Source: Stylophora pistillata (Eukaryota). From it: 64,000 bases of DNA. Under the pieces are notes generated by a model. The model had not been told where the DNA came from and ran no database searches. It saw only the letters and a list, made by a program, of their open reading frames with translations. Below are positions 1 through 12,000 of this stretch, piece after piece. How positions within the stretch are numbered: position 1 is the first letter of the stretch; the number at the start of each line of letters is the position of its first letter. The stretch is taken from positions 1 through 64,000 of the forward strand of contig NW_019217876.1 in assembly GCF_002571385.2 (NCBI RefSeq), read 5' to 3'. The translations under genes were made by a program, and so were the position numbers.

Positions 1-72
1 AACAAAAGCTCATCTTTCAAACCGGCAGTCTAAATCCCACAGGGATCAACGAACGCTTTTCCGTTTCACTAA

Positions 73-260
73 TTGGAGCGAATAGGGGTTGTGTGTGCTT
101 TTAAAGGCAGAAAAAAGAGCTACGTGTGCCTTTAAAAGCACGCACAACCCACAATTCCCCTATTCACTCCGATGAAGGGCTAACGCTTGAAACATCAGCT
201 TTTCTAATCGTAACGGTGGCCAATTTACCATTTCAACTTTGTTGATATATTCAAATTATT
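73..260 (+). repeat. Palindrome followed by a degenerate hammerhead-type (Penelope-like) repeat
   Basis: Arms 73-109 and 127-172 are near reverse complements. They are followed by CCGATGA-A-GGGC-TAAC-GCTT-GAAA-CATC-AGC, a decayed CTGAnGA...GAAA core. A related copy lies at about 51203-51305. Confidence 0.55.
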
Positions 261-495
261 AGTCAGATAACTGTTTCAACTCTGTTTATCTTTGCTTATC
301 AGGTGATAATCAGGGTGGTTTCTTTTTTACAAAATATTTGTTCATAAACAAGAAATAATATTTTCAGTAATTTTGAACGTTGTTACTTTTGAGCACAGTA
401 AGCCATCTGAGTAAAAAAAAAATGCTAGTCACTTCAGTTGTTCATGCAAGCTCATTAATTATGATCTACAATAATTATGTTTTTTTTTTCTGTAG

Positions 496-3400
496 CAACT
501 GACAATAACACTCATGTCAGACTGGACTGACAAACTTGTAGAATTTGAAAAAGACCCAAGAAAGCCAGATACGTTGCGCCCTGAAACATTCACAGCTGAC
601 CAAGAATGGCACTTATGTAGAAATGTGGTCACTGAATCAACAAGTACTGTGTCATCAGAGGGGAGCAGTGCTAACGACTACCCTCTCTATCATATAAAGT
701 GTCATGTTAAGAGAAAAAGTGGCTACTACCTCTGGAATATTACTATGATTATTGTAAGTGCAAGCCAGAGTTGGTCTTAGCTTGTTGTTTTACTTAGTTG
801 GGATACTTTGAGCCAGTTATTTACATGAGGTCTAACCCGAACCATGGTTTTTTACAGAATCAGTGGACCTTTGGCGTTCACTAGAAGAGGGTTGATTTAA
901 TTAAATAAATGTCCTTCTGCTGTTAGCTTTAAGCCTTCTTGACACTGTTCATAAATTAAAATAAATGTTCAGATAAAAGGTCCAGCCAAATTGAGGATTG
1001 TTTAGGATGTGGGTTTTGTTAAACAACAGCTAAATTTAGAATTTGACAATTTAAATTCAGATGGGAAGGGTAGTAGAGGGAAAAGGGAAAGAGGGATTTT
1101 GGGGTGAAAGGTGAAAGACGAAATTTCAGAAAATGTGGGAGAATAATAATTAATGTTAACTATCATCATACAAATACTTACAGCTCTGGTAGAACCACAT
1201 CTGATGTGCATTCTGAGCATCCTAGCCATTAAAGGTGAATGCCGTAGATCCATGCATGTGCAGGCACTGATGATTAGACAGTCATACTCAATTCATGCCC
1301 TGAAGAATGTTGGGCTGTCAGTTGTCAATATTTATTTTCCATAGTCCATTACTGAGGGGGGCATTGTGGCCTATGGGAAACCGCAAAACCGGAGAAAAAA
1401 ACCTCCAAAACCGAAAAACCAACCAAAAAAGGCAGCAAAACTGAAAACCGCATGCAAACCTGACAAAACCGCTACATTTTTATCTTTAAAGGGGTCAAAA
1501 AGGAAAAACCGAAAACCGCATCAGAGTTTTCATGAAAACTGAAAACTGAATGCAAAAACATGTAAAATCTACAAACCGCTCTGAACATCAAAACCGAAAA
1601 ACTGAACCTTTTTGGCCCAAAAACCGAAAAACCGATCCAAAAAACAGTCAAAACCGAAAATGCCAAAGCCCCCCTCATTACTACACCGCTTTAAATGTTT
1701 GATTGTTAGGGCTGGGATCAACTCCATAAGTCAAGAGGCAAACGGTTGAGGGGTAGAGCTACTTGATGCGCAGAGTAAGAAATTTTGATCCCCTACTTTC
1801 ATCCATGTGGCTGGGTTTTGAGTTAAGATATATGGTCAGTGTTCAAGATATTTAAAATTCTTACAAAAATCAAGTTATGTATCAATTAGTTAATTATGGA
1901 GGCGGCATGGCCGAGTGGTTAGGGTGCTGGACTTGAAATCCAGTGGCCCGGGTTCAAGTCCTCCACCCTGCCACTCACTGGATTTGTTCTCGGTTGCCCC
2001 TAGTTCAACTCCTTGGCTGCGCTCTGTAAATAGCTCACTGGTCGCCTCCTACCAGTGGGGATTTTTAAGCAATTATTTTATAACTTCTTAATACAGCCCA
2101 CAATGTAAACTACTGGGTTACCAGTAAGAGTGTTAGCTATTAAAGTTTATTATTATTATAGTTTATTATTAGTTTCGTGCCAATTGGACTCTATTTCCCG
2201 GGTGGGAAGGTAGCCACCTTAACTGATATAGGTTAGATGACCATTGGGTTCTGTTTTGTTTTGCAGTTTCTCATTTCTCTCTTATCATTCTGTTCATTTT
2301 CTGTGGAAATCTCATCGCCTTCTGATCGACTCAGCGTCACATTAACCCTCTTGTTGACAGCAGTAGCTTTCAAGTTTGTTGTTTCACAGAGCCTACCAAC
2401 TATTTCATACTTGACATTCCTGGTGAGTGTTTGTCTCCCATTGTAACACAGTGAGGAAATGTTTTAGAGGGAAATTTGTAATTGTTTTAGCTTCCCTTTG
2501 GAATGGCTTAATTTTCATAGGCACCACTTAGTGGGATCTTTGAAAAATTAAATTTTGGATCCAGAAATTGGGGTGTAATTTACAGATAGTGTACCTCCCT
2601 TTATGGCTTTGTCCAAATGTTCAGTTTAAATAAATAGGGTGCAAAAGGAACACAGAGTGATAAAAAGAGGAGTTTAAAGCAACATATTCCAAATTGACCT
2701 CCTTTTTGCCCACCCACCTACTGAATTCTTGCCCATTCACTCACCAAATTCCTAGAACAACCCAATCTCCACTTCCCCCATTTCCAGTACTTGGTAGTTT
2801 TGACAGTAAAAGGATGTTCCCTCTTACATGAAAGAGCCACAACAACAAGGCAAGGTCTTGATTAAGTTCATTAGTTATTTCAGTCATTATCAGCCTTCAA
2901 CAGAGTCCTCAATCAAAGTTCTCTACCTCTATAGCCAGAAGAAAGACCAAAGTACATAAAATTATTTTTTCCTCCAAGGACAAATACGTTTTGTGTGGCC
3001 TTCTTTTCCTGGGTTGCATGGCCATTGAAAATGCAGTTGCTGCCATCATTCCAGACGTACCAACTCAGAAAGATTTTGATCAAATTTGTTTATACGTTGC
3101 CGTTGGCTGCTTTGTTTTCATCCATGGGGTGTTCTTGGTTTTTGTCTTTGACAAGGTGAGAATGAAGCTTTTAAGCTAACACTTTTTCATTTTTAATACT
3201 ATTCTCCTATAAGAATTAGCATTCTCATGACCAATTGTTACTCTTGTGAAATTTCTTATACTTTCTTCCAGTCAAGAGCAAGAAATAGAATCCTCTCTGA
3301 AAATGACAAGAAATTCCGGGTAAGATTCTCCATTGAAGACTATTCTCTGTCTTTACTACACACATCAGGGTAACAAGAAAATACAAAAGAAAGCCATGTG

Positions 3401-3916
3401 AAAGAGAAAGGCACTCATGGTTTCCATCAAGTAATAATATAGATCTTCACTCAGTGTTGGCTATTAATCCTTTAACTCCTAAGATATCTTTGGAAATTGT
3501 TCTTTCGTTCTGTCACACAATTCTTATGATATTACTTCCGCGAATTTGGTATTGGATCAAGTAGTAATCCCGAAATTTATATTTTTCTTTATTCTCATCA
3601 CTTGGCTGCTTGATATTGCATTAATACTGTAAGGAGAAATTACATCTTGGTCACTCACGGGAGTTAAAAGGGTCAATACACTAATTTCTCCTTAGAACCA
3701 CAACAAAAAACATGATGTAAGGGCAGTGAACAGAAAGTCTTTTAAAAATACTCATAACTTGTCTGTTTATTTTAGGAGATGTTGCAGAGTGTAAAAAATT
3801 ATGCGATGGAACGAGAACAAAGAACAATACAGGAACCTGAAGCAAAAGATGTAGAAAGATCTCAACAAGACAAAGTTTTGGTTGTGCAGGCTTCCCCCAA
3901 TCAGGGAGAGGAATAA
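496..3916 (+). CDS. Pentameric ligand-gated ion channel subunit (Cys-less/Pro-loop type), 3' portion; the 5' exons lie outside the window
   Basis: GT-AG exons 496-753, 2267-2422, 2979-3155, 3272-3319 and 3776-3916 join in frame. They encode pre-M1 'VKRKSGYYLWNI', M2 'SDRLSVTLTLLLTAVAFKF', the M2-M3 loop 'LPTISYLTFLDKY', M3, a short loop and M4, with stop TAA at 3914-3916. Confidence 0.9.
1354..1676. mobile_element. MITE with GAGGGGGGC termini and internal AAAACCG repeats
   Basis: Terminal inverted repeats GAGGGGGGC / GCCCCCCTC are flanked by the direct repeat ATTACT at 1348-1353 and 1677-1682. Confidence 0.75.
1898..2170 (+). mobile_element. tRNA-derived SINE, family A
   Basis: A-box TGGCCGAGTGG (1908-1918), B-box GGTTCAAGTCC (1951-1961) and a (TTA)n tail. 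Homologous copies start at 4063 and 22821. Confidence 0.8.
3464..3676. mobile_element. piggyBac-like MITE (TTAA...CCTTTAACTCC termini), degenerate
   Basis: Ends are TTAATCCTTTAACTCC and GGGAGTTAAAAGGGTCAA, matching the family copy at 37941-38147. Confidence 0.6.
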
Positions 3917-4062
3917 TTTAACCATCAAACTCTTTGTAACCAATCAGGGCCATTGCCTAGATTTGCAGTCTTTGTAATATCAATTTGCACTTTAAATTGG
4001 TTGCCCCAAACCTCCATTTCCCCCACCACACTTACACATGTATGCACCGTGGCTTCATTGTA

Positions 4063-4322
4063 GGAGGCGGTGTGGCCGAGTGGTTAGGGTGCTGGACTTG
4101 TAATCCAGTGTCCCGGGTTCAAGTCCTCCACCCTGCCACTCACTGGATTTGTTCTCGGTTGCCCCGAGTTCAACTTCTCGGCTGCGCTCTGTAAATAGCC
4201 CACTGGTCAGCCTCCTGCTGGTGGGGATTTTTAAGCTCTTAGTTAGTCTACATTGTGGCTGAAAAGCCCCTAAGGGGGAGCTTCAATTAACGTATATTAT
4301 TATATATTATTATATTATTATT
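4063..4322 (+). mobile_element. tRNA-derived SINE, family A, in the ion-channel 3' UTR region
   Basis: Highly similar to 1898-2170, with A/B boxes and a TA/TTA-rich tail. Confidence 0.8.
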
Positions 4323-5250
4323 GTCTCTGTAGTATCATGACTACTACACTAGAAAACAATTCTGAATTGGTTTCGTGTACTTAATATATGCATTTCATGG
4401 AAAAAGCACAGGATCAAACCTGAGAAGGACCCTTTCACAAATTCTTTTTATGTGGGAATTTTGCACCATGGGATCTCTACTGCTACCATCTGAAATTTGT
4501 TCAAACCTTGGATGGCTTAATTTATGACAAAAATAAAAAAGACCCAGATGCATGTTGTTCTGTGAGAGGAGGTTATGAAGATAAAAACGTTTTTACTTGC
4601 CAATGTGGCATGTAGCAGGAAACTACCATTTTGACTGTCATTTTTTTTAATGTGGTTCCAACTTTCATTTGCATTGCAGCTTTATCTTATTGACAGCTTA
4701 TCAGTTCTTCATCTTTGTTTGTTCCTTTATTGATTTGTGTTGATCATTTTCAGAAAATTTTTAGTGGTTTCTTGTTTGTAAACAAGATTAAAGGCATCAC
4801 TGACATGGATCCTTTTGAACCTTTTGGATACAGTTGGGTATTTGTTCTGAAAATAGGATACACTCATGGAAAAGATTACTATGGAGAATAGCCAAAAATG
4901 TCAAGCAAACCCTTATCATTTACCGGCTTTGTAATGTTTATATGCTTTATTGTCTTCAGAACCAAACGAAGAGCAAAACAGCTAAAATCAAACAGGCACA
5001 AGCTCCTTTTATCAAGTCTTGCTTTATTAGTTGGCTAACAGTAAAAAAGATGAACCAATAAGAAGAGACTTGAACAAGACAAGGAACACATATGTCTTAC
5101 TAGCTCTTATTGTTGGAAACACTGTAGAAATTACTATCCTTCAAATTTGCATGCCTACACTGTTCTGTGGCTTTAACGAGTGTTCACTTGCGATCTGTAA
5201 TTTAAAGGCCCCACCAGATTATTACATGTAGGTCTTCTGGTAAATTCAGT

Positions 5251-6036
5251 TTAAGATGAATATCTTTCCACTACCATTGCATGACCCTAAAAGAAAGAAA
5301 CATCATTACACTTGTGGACTGTCAATCTAGATCTGAATTTGTTATTCACAAGTCTTGGTCTGGGGAAACCGGACCCATACAATGTACCCGGGGAAAAGGT
5401 TGTGATGCTGGGCAATGACATGGCATGGCTTCTCCTGTAAAGGGTTATGATGCTAAATGAAACTCAACCATCACTGGAAATTTCCACAATAAGGAACTGT
5501 GTTTTTCTAACTAACTAATGTGACCTGTTATATATTTAAGTACCTGTTATGGCCCATCTGTGATGGGGTAACCTCTCACTCTTAACCATGATCAAACAGG
5601 TGTCTAAAGTTGTAAGTCTACAAAACTTGTTTTACAAGTCACGTGGTGAGAGTTGGTTTAGTAAAAATTTCAACTGCAATCTAAACCCTTGAACCTTTCT
5701 TACTTCACGACAAACCTCGTTTTCAAATCTTCATATATTCCAAGCTTACTTACCAGACCTCCAGCAGCACATGCAGCAACTAGCCCAAATTGACCACCTT
5801 CCTTAAGAAGTCGGTTAGCAGTTGTAGTGACCAATCGAACTCCAGTGGCACCAAATGGATGACCAATAGACAGGGAGCCGCCCCAAGTGTTTAATTTTTC
5901 CATTGGAGGTACCCCAACCTGTTAAGAGACAAAGCAGTTCGAGTACCAATGAACTGGTTACCTAGAGAATTATTGGAAAGCAATCATTTTCTAGTGTATG
6001 GTTAGCCAGAATGATAATGGCATAAGATAACAGTAA

Positions 6037-6093
<57 letters not shown>

Positions 6094-9000
6094 GTAAGGT
6101 ATATGAGCCAATATACCATAATCTACATATGGTAAGTGTATGCGTCAGCTTAAAATTAAAAGGGAGCTAAAAAATTTTAAAAGTCGAGAAGATTTGTCTA
6201 ATATCTTAGGGCGTTTTTAATAAAACAATTATTCCACTCGCGCTTGTTTGATAGGAGATGATTATAGCCAACTCGGCGCTATGCACCTTATTGGCTATCT
6301 ATCATCTCATATCCAACAAGTGCTCGTGGAATAATTGTTAATTGTGAAATCTATGTGAAATCTTATTGGCAAATATCATGAAACCTTTGGGATGACCCAA
6401 CAACTTTTTGGCAGCTGACAAGAGTCACATTCAGCTAAGAGGGTTTTAACCAGGAAATCTTTGCTATTCTAACACCATTCTCAGGTTCTTCACAACTTTC
6501 ACTTGCAAAGATATACCACTATTACTTTTGATTTGATTCTCTAACCTTGGAAGTTCTTCCCATGTAGTTTTGTGCAAACCAGTCTGAATCCATGGCTTTC
6601 AAGTTGGCCAGAATTTGACCCTTCCAAAACAAAACCAACAAGTTGCATGAAACAATTCGTCAAGTGTAAATGAAGCAAAAATAGGGTCTTGTGACAGTTA
6701 AAATGCAAACTCACTGCAAATGCTTCGTGGTATTCAAAAACATCAATGTCCTGCAACTTGAGGCCAGCTTTATCCAGAACTTTGGGTGTGGAGTAAGCTG
6801 GTCTGTAAAGTATAACGGTGGTGAAACTATCCATTAATGCCACATAAGATTTACAATGTCCAAAAGAAGAGAATTCTGGGCTCAAATTCACTGTATTTAG
6901 AAATATCAAAATTACCCTAGTAAAAGCTGGTCTTTGGGATCCTGTGAGACGTATACAAAGTCCCTATGGAAAGAAGGGCAAGAAATGAACAAAAGCTATA
7001 AATAACTGAGAAATGAATGGAATTTAATTTAATTTATTAGATTCGCCGACAGGCAAGGACACTGCAACAGCTTGCACCGATTACTGCGGGCCCAGTACAC
7101 CCACCCATCCCACCCCAGGGGAGAACATCCACCATACAGTAATCTCGTGCATGGGAAATTAACATCTCCTATCCCTCACTCTGCAGGAGACGGAGCCTAC
7201 AGTTTATTCATCTTTATCCGAGAAGACTAGAATATCTATCCATTTCTTGATATTACAGAAAGGTAGCAAATTCTTTTCAGTTATTTTAAGACCCTGAGTG
7301 TTGGTCTGGCTGGGGCTTGAACCCTTGACCTCCCGCACAACAGTCCGGCCGGCACTCTACCAATTGAGCTAACAAGGAGGCGGTTGATTGTAGCATAAGG
7401 AAGAATGTACCTCAGGTATGCTTTGGGTTTGTATCCCATCTCCAAAGCTTTGTCTTCGCTCATTATCAGGCAAGCAGACGCTCCATCTGTCTGTAAAAAC
7501 ATTAAAAGGGGCATGTAGCAGAATTTCAAGTATGAGAGGTAAACCATCACTTCACCCTTTTTAAATCTTGGGTTCCCTGGGAGTGCTCTTTGCAGTCTCT
7601 CTCTAAGGTGTTGCACTTGTTATAACCTTTCTTAACTCTGCAAAAACTGTTCTGTTCTGGCTTACCTCACAGGTATATTTGAACAATCCTTATAGTGTGG
7701 ATACGATCCAGAGAACTGAGACCCAAAGAGATTGTGTGAGTAGAGATTAGGATGAGATAGAGTGTGGCAAGCCTCAACCCTTCTCTTCTTGCTACCCTAC
7801 TCTGTTCTATTTCCTGGGTTGCAACACTCGATCGTAGGACAGAAGACCAGCAACAAAACATATAATTATATTATGCTTTGAGCATGAAGGCAGTCCTTAA
7901 AGCTGAGAAGTGTTGCCTGAGCTAGTTTTTCTGAATCAGATTTCTCCTTAATCGAAGAATGTAAATGTTTACCTTGATTCATTTAAAGTTAAGTCTGATG
8001 AGACATTAAGTATTAAAGCTTGGGTTATCCCCCATCTTTCACCACAAAGGAAAGGGGAAAAATGGAAAAGGCTAAAGGACTAACCAAAAAGGAAGCATTA
8101 GCTGCCGTGACAGAGCCATGTGGTTTGACAAATGCTGGTTTTAATTTTGCCATCTGCTCCATTGTAGAGACACGGATCCCATTATCAGCTGTCACAGTTA
8201 CATTATGACCTACAAAAGTAACAAATTAAACTTTTCAAAATGCCAGCCTGTCTTTGCATAGTCAGTATTTTCATTTCATTAGCAAGCTAAGGCCTCAACC
8301 ACACTTTTACATTTTTTAATAAGATTCCATTTTTTTCTTGTACAAAATGAAGCGCCATATTTTTTTAATAATCCATTAGCCTTTGCCACTCAAGAAATAG
8401 AGCCATCAAAAATTGATGCAGGTTCAGCACACTTCATGTCACATCACAAAGTTGCTGTTTTTTTGAAAAAAAAAAACAAACAAACAAACTAGTGTGGATG
8501 GAGCCTTTAATAGAAAGGTGCTCGTGGGAAAAAAGCTATTTTCTAGCCAAACTTTTGGTCATTAAGAGTTTTTCTTTGGGGCATCAATTAATTTTTGTGA
8601 CTTATTTTTGTAATTCTTTTGACAAAAAAATTCCAAATTGATCCATTGTGAAGAGTGAGGTCTTAACACACATTTAGTTTCTGACATACCAGGTACTTTG
8701 TAAGGTACAACATCTTCCAACTTTCCAGCCTGAAAAAAGAGAAACAGAAATACTTAATACCACAGTATACATGCATGAAGACACACTGTGATTTGGGGCA
8801 ACTTAAGTAAAGCCATTAAAAAAATGGTTGGACTTGCTTGTTACAAAATCATTATCAATAATCATTAATTATCAAATATCAAATGAGTGTTAATGCTCTA
8901 AATTTCCTTACACTTGCTGCTTGATGTGCCAGCGTGTGAGATCGTAGGGCATATTCATCCTGCAATGTAAAAAGTATTTCATTCTTAGGTGTTTTTGAGT

Positions 9001-12000
9001 TCATTTTTTTTTTTGTGGTTCACATAACAAGTTGGTGGGCCAATAACCAAGAAAAAATTATTCAAATACATAATCTAGTTACTAGGCAATCTAATTACAC
9101 TGGCTGATAAATGCAGATAGAAAATAATAAACAGACAAATAAATCAAGTAATTCATAGTTAAAATCAATAAAAAAAATCAATAAAACACTAAAACAGGTA
9201 ATTACTTGTTCTTTCCTACTGATACCAAAGGCAGCTGCCAACCTAAGAAAAATAAAAAGACCAAGACATGTTAGTGAAGTGAGTTTTTTTTAAAGTAATT
9301 GCAAACCTTACAAGAACAGGCACATTACAGCTAATCAAATTACATATTAAACAGTACACAGAATTCTGGTTTTAACATTCTTTAACATTATTCAAATACT
9401 GATGGGTGGAAATGTTAAGTATATTTGGAAAAGTAATCCTAAAAGTAAGAGTAACTGATTTCAATATGCAGTAAATGGTTTGAACCCCGGGGTAACATGT
9501 GAAAGTGTAGTGTGATCCTCCGGGTGAGTGTAGTCCTGTTGTCCGTGCTAGTGACTGATGTTTTGACAACCTGTGCAGAAGTCATGTCACTCTGATGATG
9601 ACTTCCCCACAGGTTGTCAAAACATCAGTCCCTACCACCCACAACAGTCTTTCTCAGGACTACACTCACCTGGACGATCACACTACACTTTCACATGATT
9701 TCAATATCTAAGGCAATACATGTTAATGGTTTAGTATAGAAATGAACAACAATACAGCCACCATTTTGCTTCTCAAAGTGATGACTGTGTAAGGAACATT
9801 AATACATTACTCAACAAATGGACGATGAAAATGTATAGATTTTTTGGCCTTCAGATGATGTGCACTTCATAGAGCACCAACTTATTTTCAAAGAACTGTC
9901 TGGCAAACAGAAAGGAGAATCACAACCCAGACCCTGGTTAATCAAAATAATAAATTATCTGTAGTTTCTAAAGGTTATACCTGTCACCGCTATGTCCCAT
10001 GGTTTCACCAGTAGAAAATTCAGCCACAGCTGGCAGCTAATGGGAATGATAAAAAGGAAATATTAGCTCAGCTGAATGTTTTTAACAAGCTTCCTTGACA
10101 TCTGCTTAGATCTGTACCAGAGATATCATGTAATTATTTAACTCATTGAATCACCTCAGGAGAGAGAAATTTCGGTCTGATTTTTGAAAGAAGCCCTAGT
10201 CTTGCACCAAGAGATTTGGCCTGAAAAACAAAAGCAAAGCATTTCAGGGAAGATCACCTCAACACAGTTGTGTCATAATAATTCACAGGAACTTTGACAA
10301 GCAAATTTAGTGGTTTAATCTACATGCAACATGACCAACAAAGATGACACATCACCTGTACGAGCTCTGAAGGTTCTGTAAACTACTACTGATCATATAG
10401 CCTGTTCCAGTGTTTGTCAGCAGAACAGATTAGTGCATGCTTCCACTAAAAAGTTGTTATGACCAAAAAAAACTGAGTTGTAAACAAATTCAGACTGTTT
10501 GAAAATCATCTGACCTTGTTTAAAGACAGCAGTGTTTTTCTGAGTGGTCTGCTGAGCCTTATGGGAACATCTGACATGAATTCTACTCCTCCAGCAATCA
10601 CAGTGTCACACTGACCACTGGCAATTAGCCCAACAGCTTCAAGCAAAAAAAGGAGAAAAGGAAAAAAGGAAATTGCTTTAGGAGAAACACAGCCCTTAAA
10701 GAAGTTGTGATGATCAATTGCAACCATTGACTACTTCACTGGCAACTAAAGATAGAAATCACTGTTTTTTCGTGAAGAGTAAAAAAAACACAAACCCATT
10801 ATGTCTGGTGCTGAAGTGAATTACAAACAGAGTGAAATAAATTCTAACGTCAAAGTAATTATGCAACCTGCAAATACTTGCAAGACTTATTTAACACCAA
10901 ACAGTTTAAAGAAATTGTAATGATCTATATGAGCATGTACTTAAAAATTGTCAGTATTTTTTCCCTTATTTGATAAACTGCGCAATAAGATATGAAAAAA
11001 GTTTATCTGTGAACACTACATAATAATTATAATATCATAGGTTTCTTTGGAAGGACAATGATGATTACAACTTAGAACCAATTTTGGACTTAAAAGTTTG
11101 TCAGCTTTAGAACTGGCATTTATTTCTAGCTTTTCATTATACTGTACCTGAAGTAATTGCCTGATTTGATGAGATACAAGCCATAGTCACAGTGTGACAT
11201 GGAGTCTTGTCTGAAAAACCAGCACCCAGGGCAGCCTTACGCAAAAAAAAAAGAAAAACTTAAGAATTAGACTTGATTGAGAAAGATAGCTATTTTCAAA
11301 CTGGGTGATTATTTAAAGAGTTCTGTTAAAAATTGTTTGACATAAGTATGGCATAGAGATAGAATATGAGTCAGTCCTACAAGGGTTCAAACCTTGGATC
11401 TTTGGATTTTTTTGCTCTCCAGTGATTTACTACTGGGTGGGTATGGGATGGGTGAGTAACAGGACCCCTGTTGATACCAGTGTTTACTACACCGAAGGGG
11501 CTATCCTGTATAAATATAGATGTCTACTCTACTCTTCTCTACTCTACTCATATAGAGAGAACTATTCTGTGAGCTAAACCATGCTACAGCTGTAGTTCCA
11601 GAAGTGAAAAGCAATCTGCACACTGCTTAGAACCTTTAAATTAGTTACTTTAATTATTTTCAACCATTTTCAACTGATCATATGGAAATATCCTTTTTCA
11701 ACTTCTAAGATAAGTAGTGAGAGGGTCTTGATGGCCTGGGAATTGAAAGACAACCTTTACAGGGACTTTCAATGATAACTTATCAATACCATACCTCTCG
11801 TGCAATATTGCTGGTTTTAACTTCTTGAATGACTGTGCCAATGACAATGTGATCAACAGCATCTGTAAAAGTTATTTTAAAGTTATTTACATTTTGTTTG
11901 TTTCTACTTCAACATTTTTTCAATGGCTATGACTAATAGTACTGAAATCACAAGTTTAGCTTTGAAATTCACAGTTCACCTTTTTTCAGAAACCATAATA

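Noticed and set aside
1898-1975. tRNA genes at SINE heads (also 4063, 22821, 7310-7385)
   Set aside because: There is no proper acceptor stem, and each continues into a shared SINE body and simple-repeat tail.
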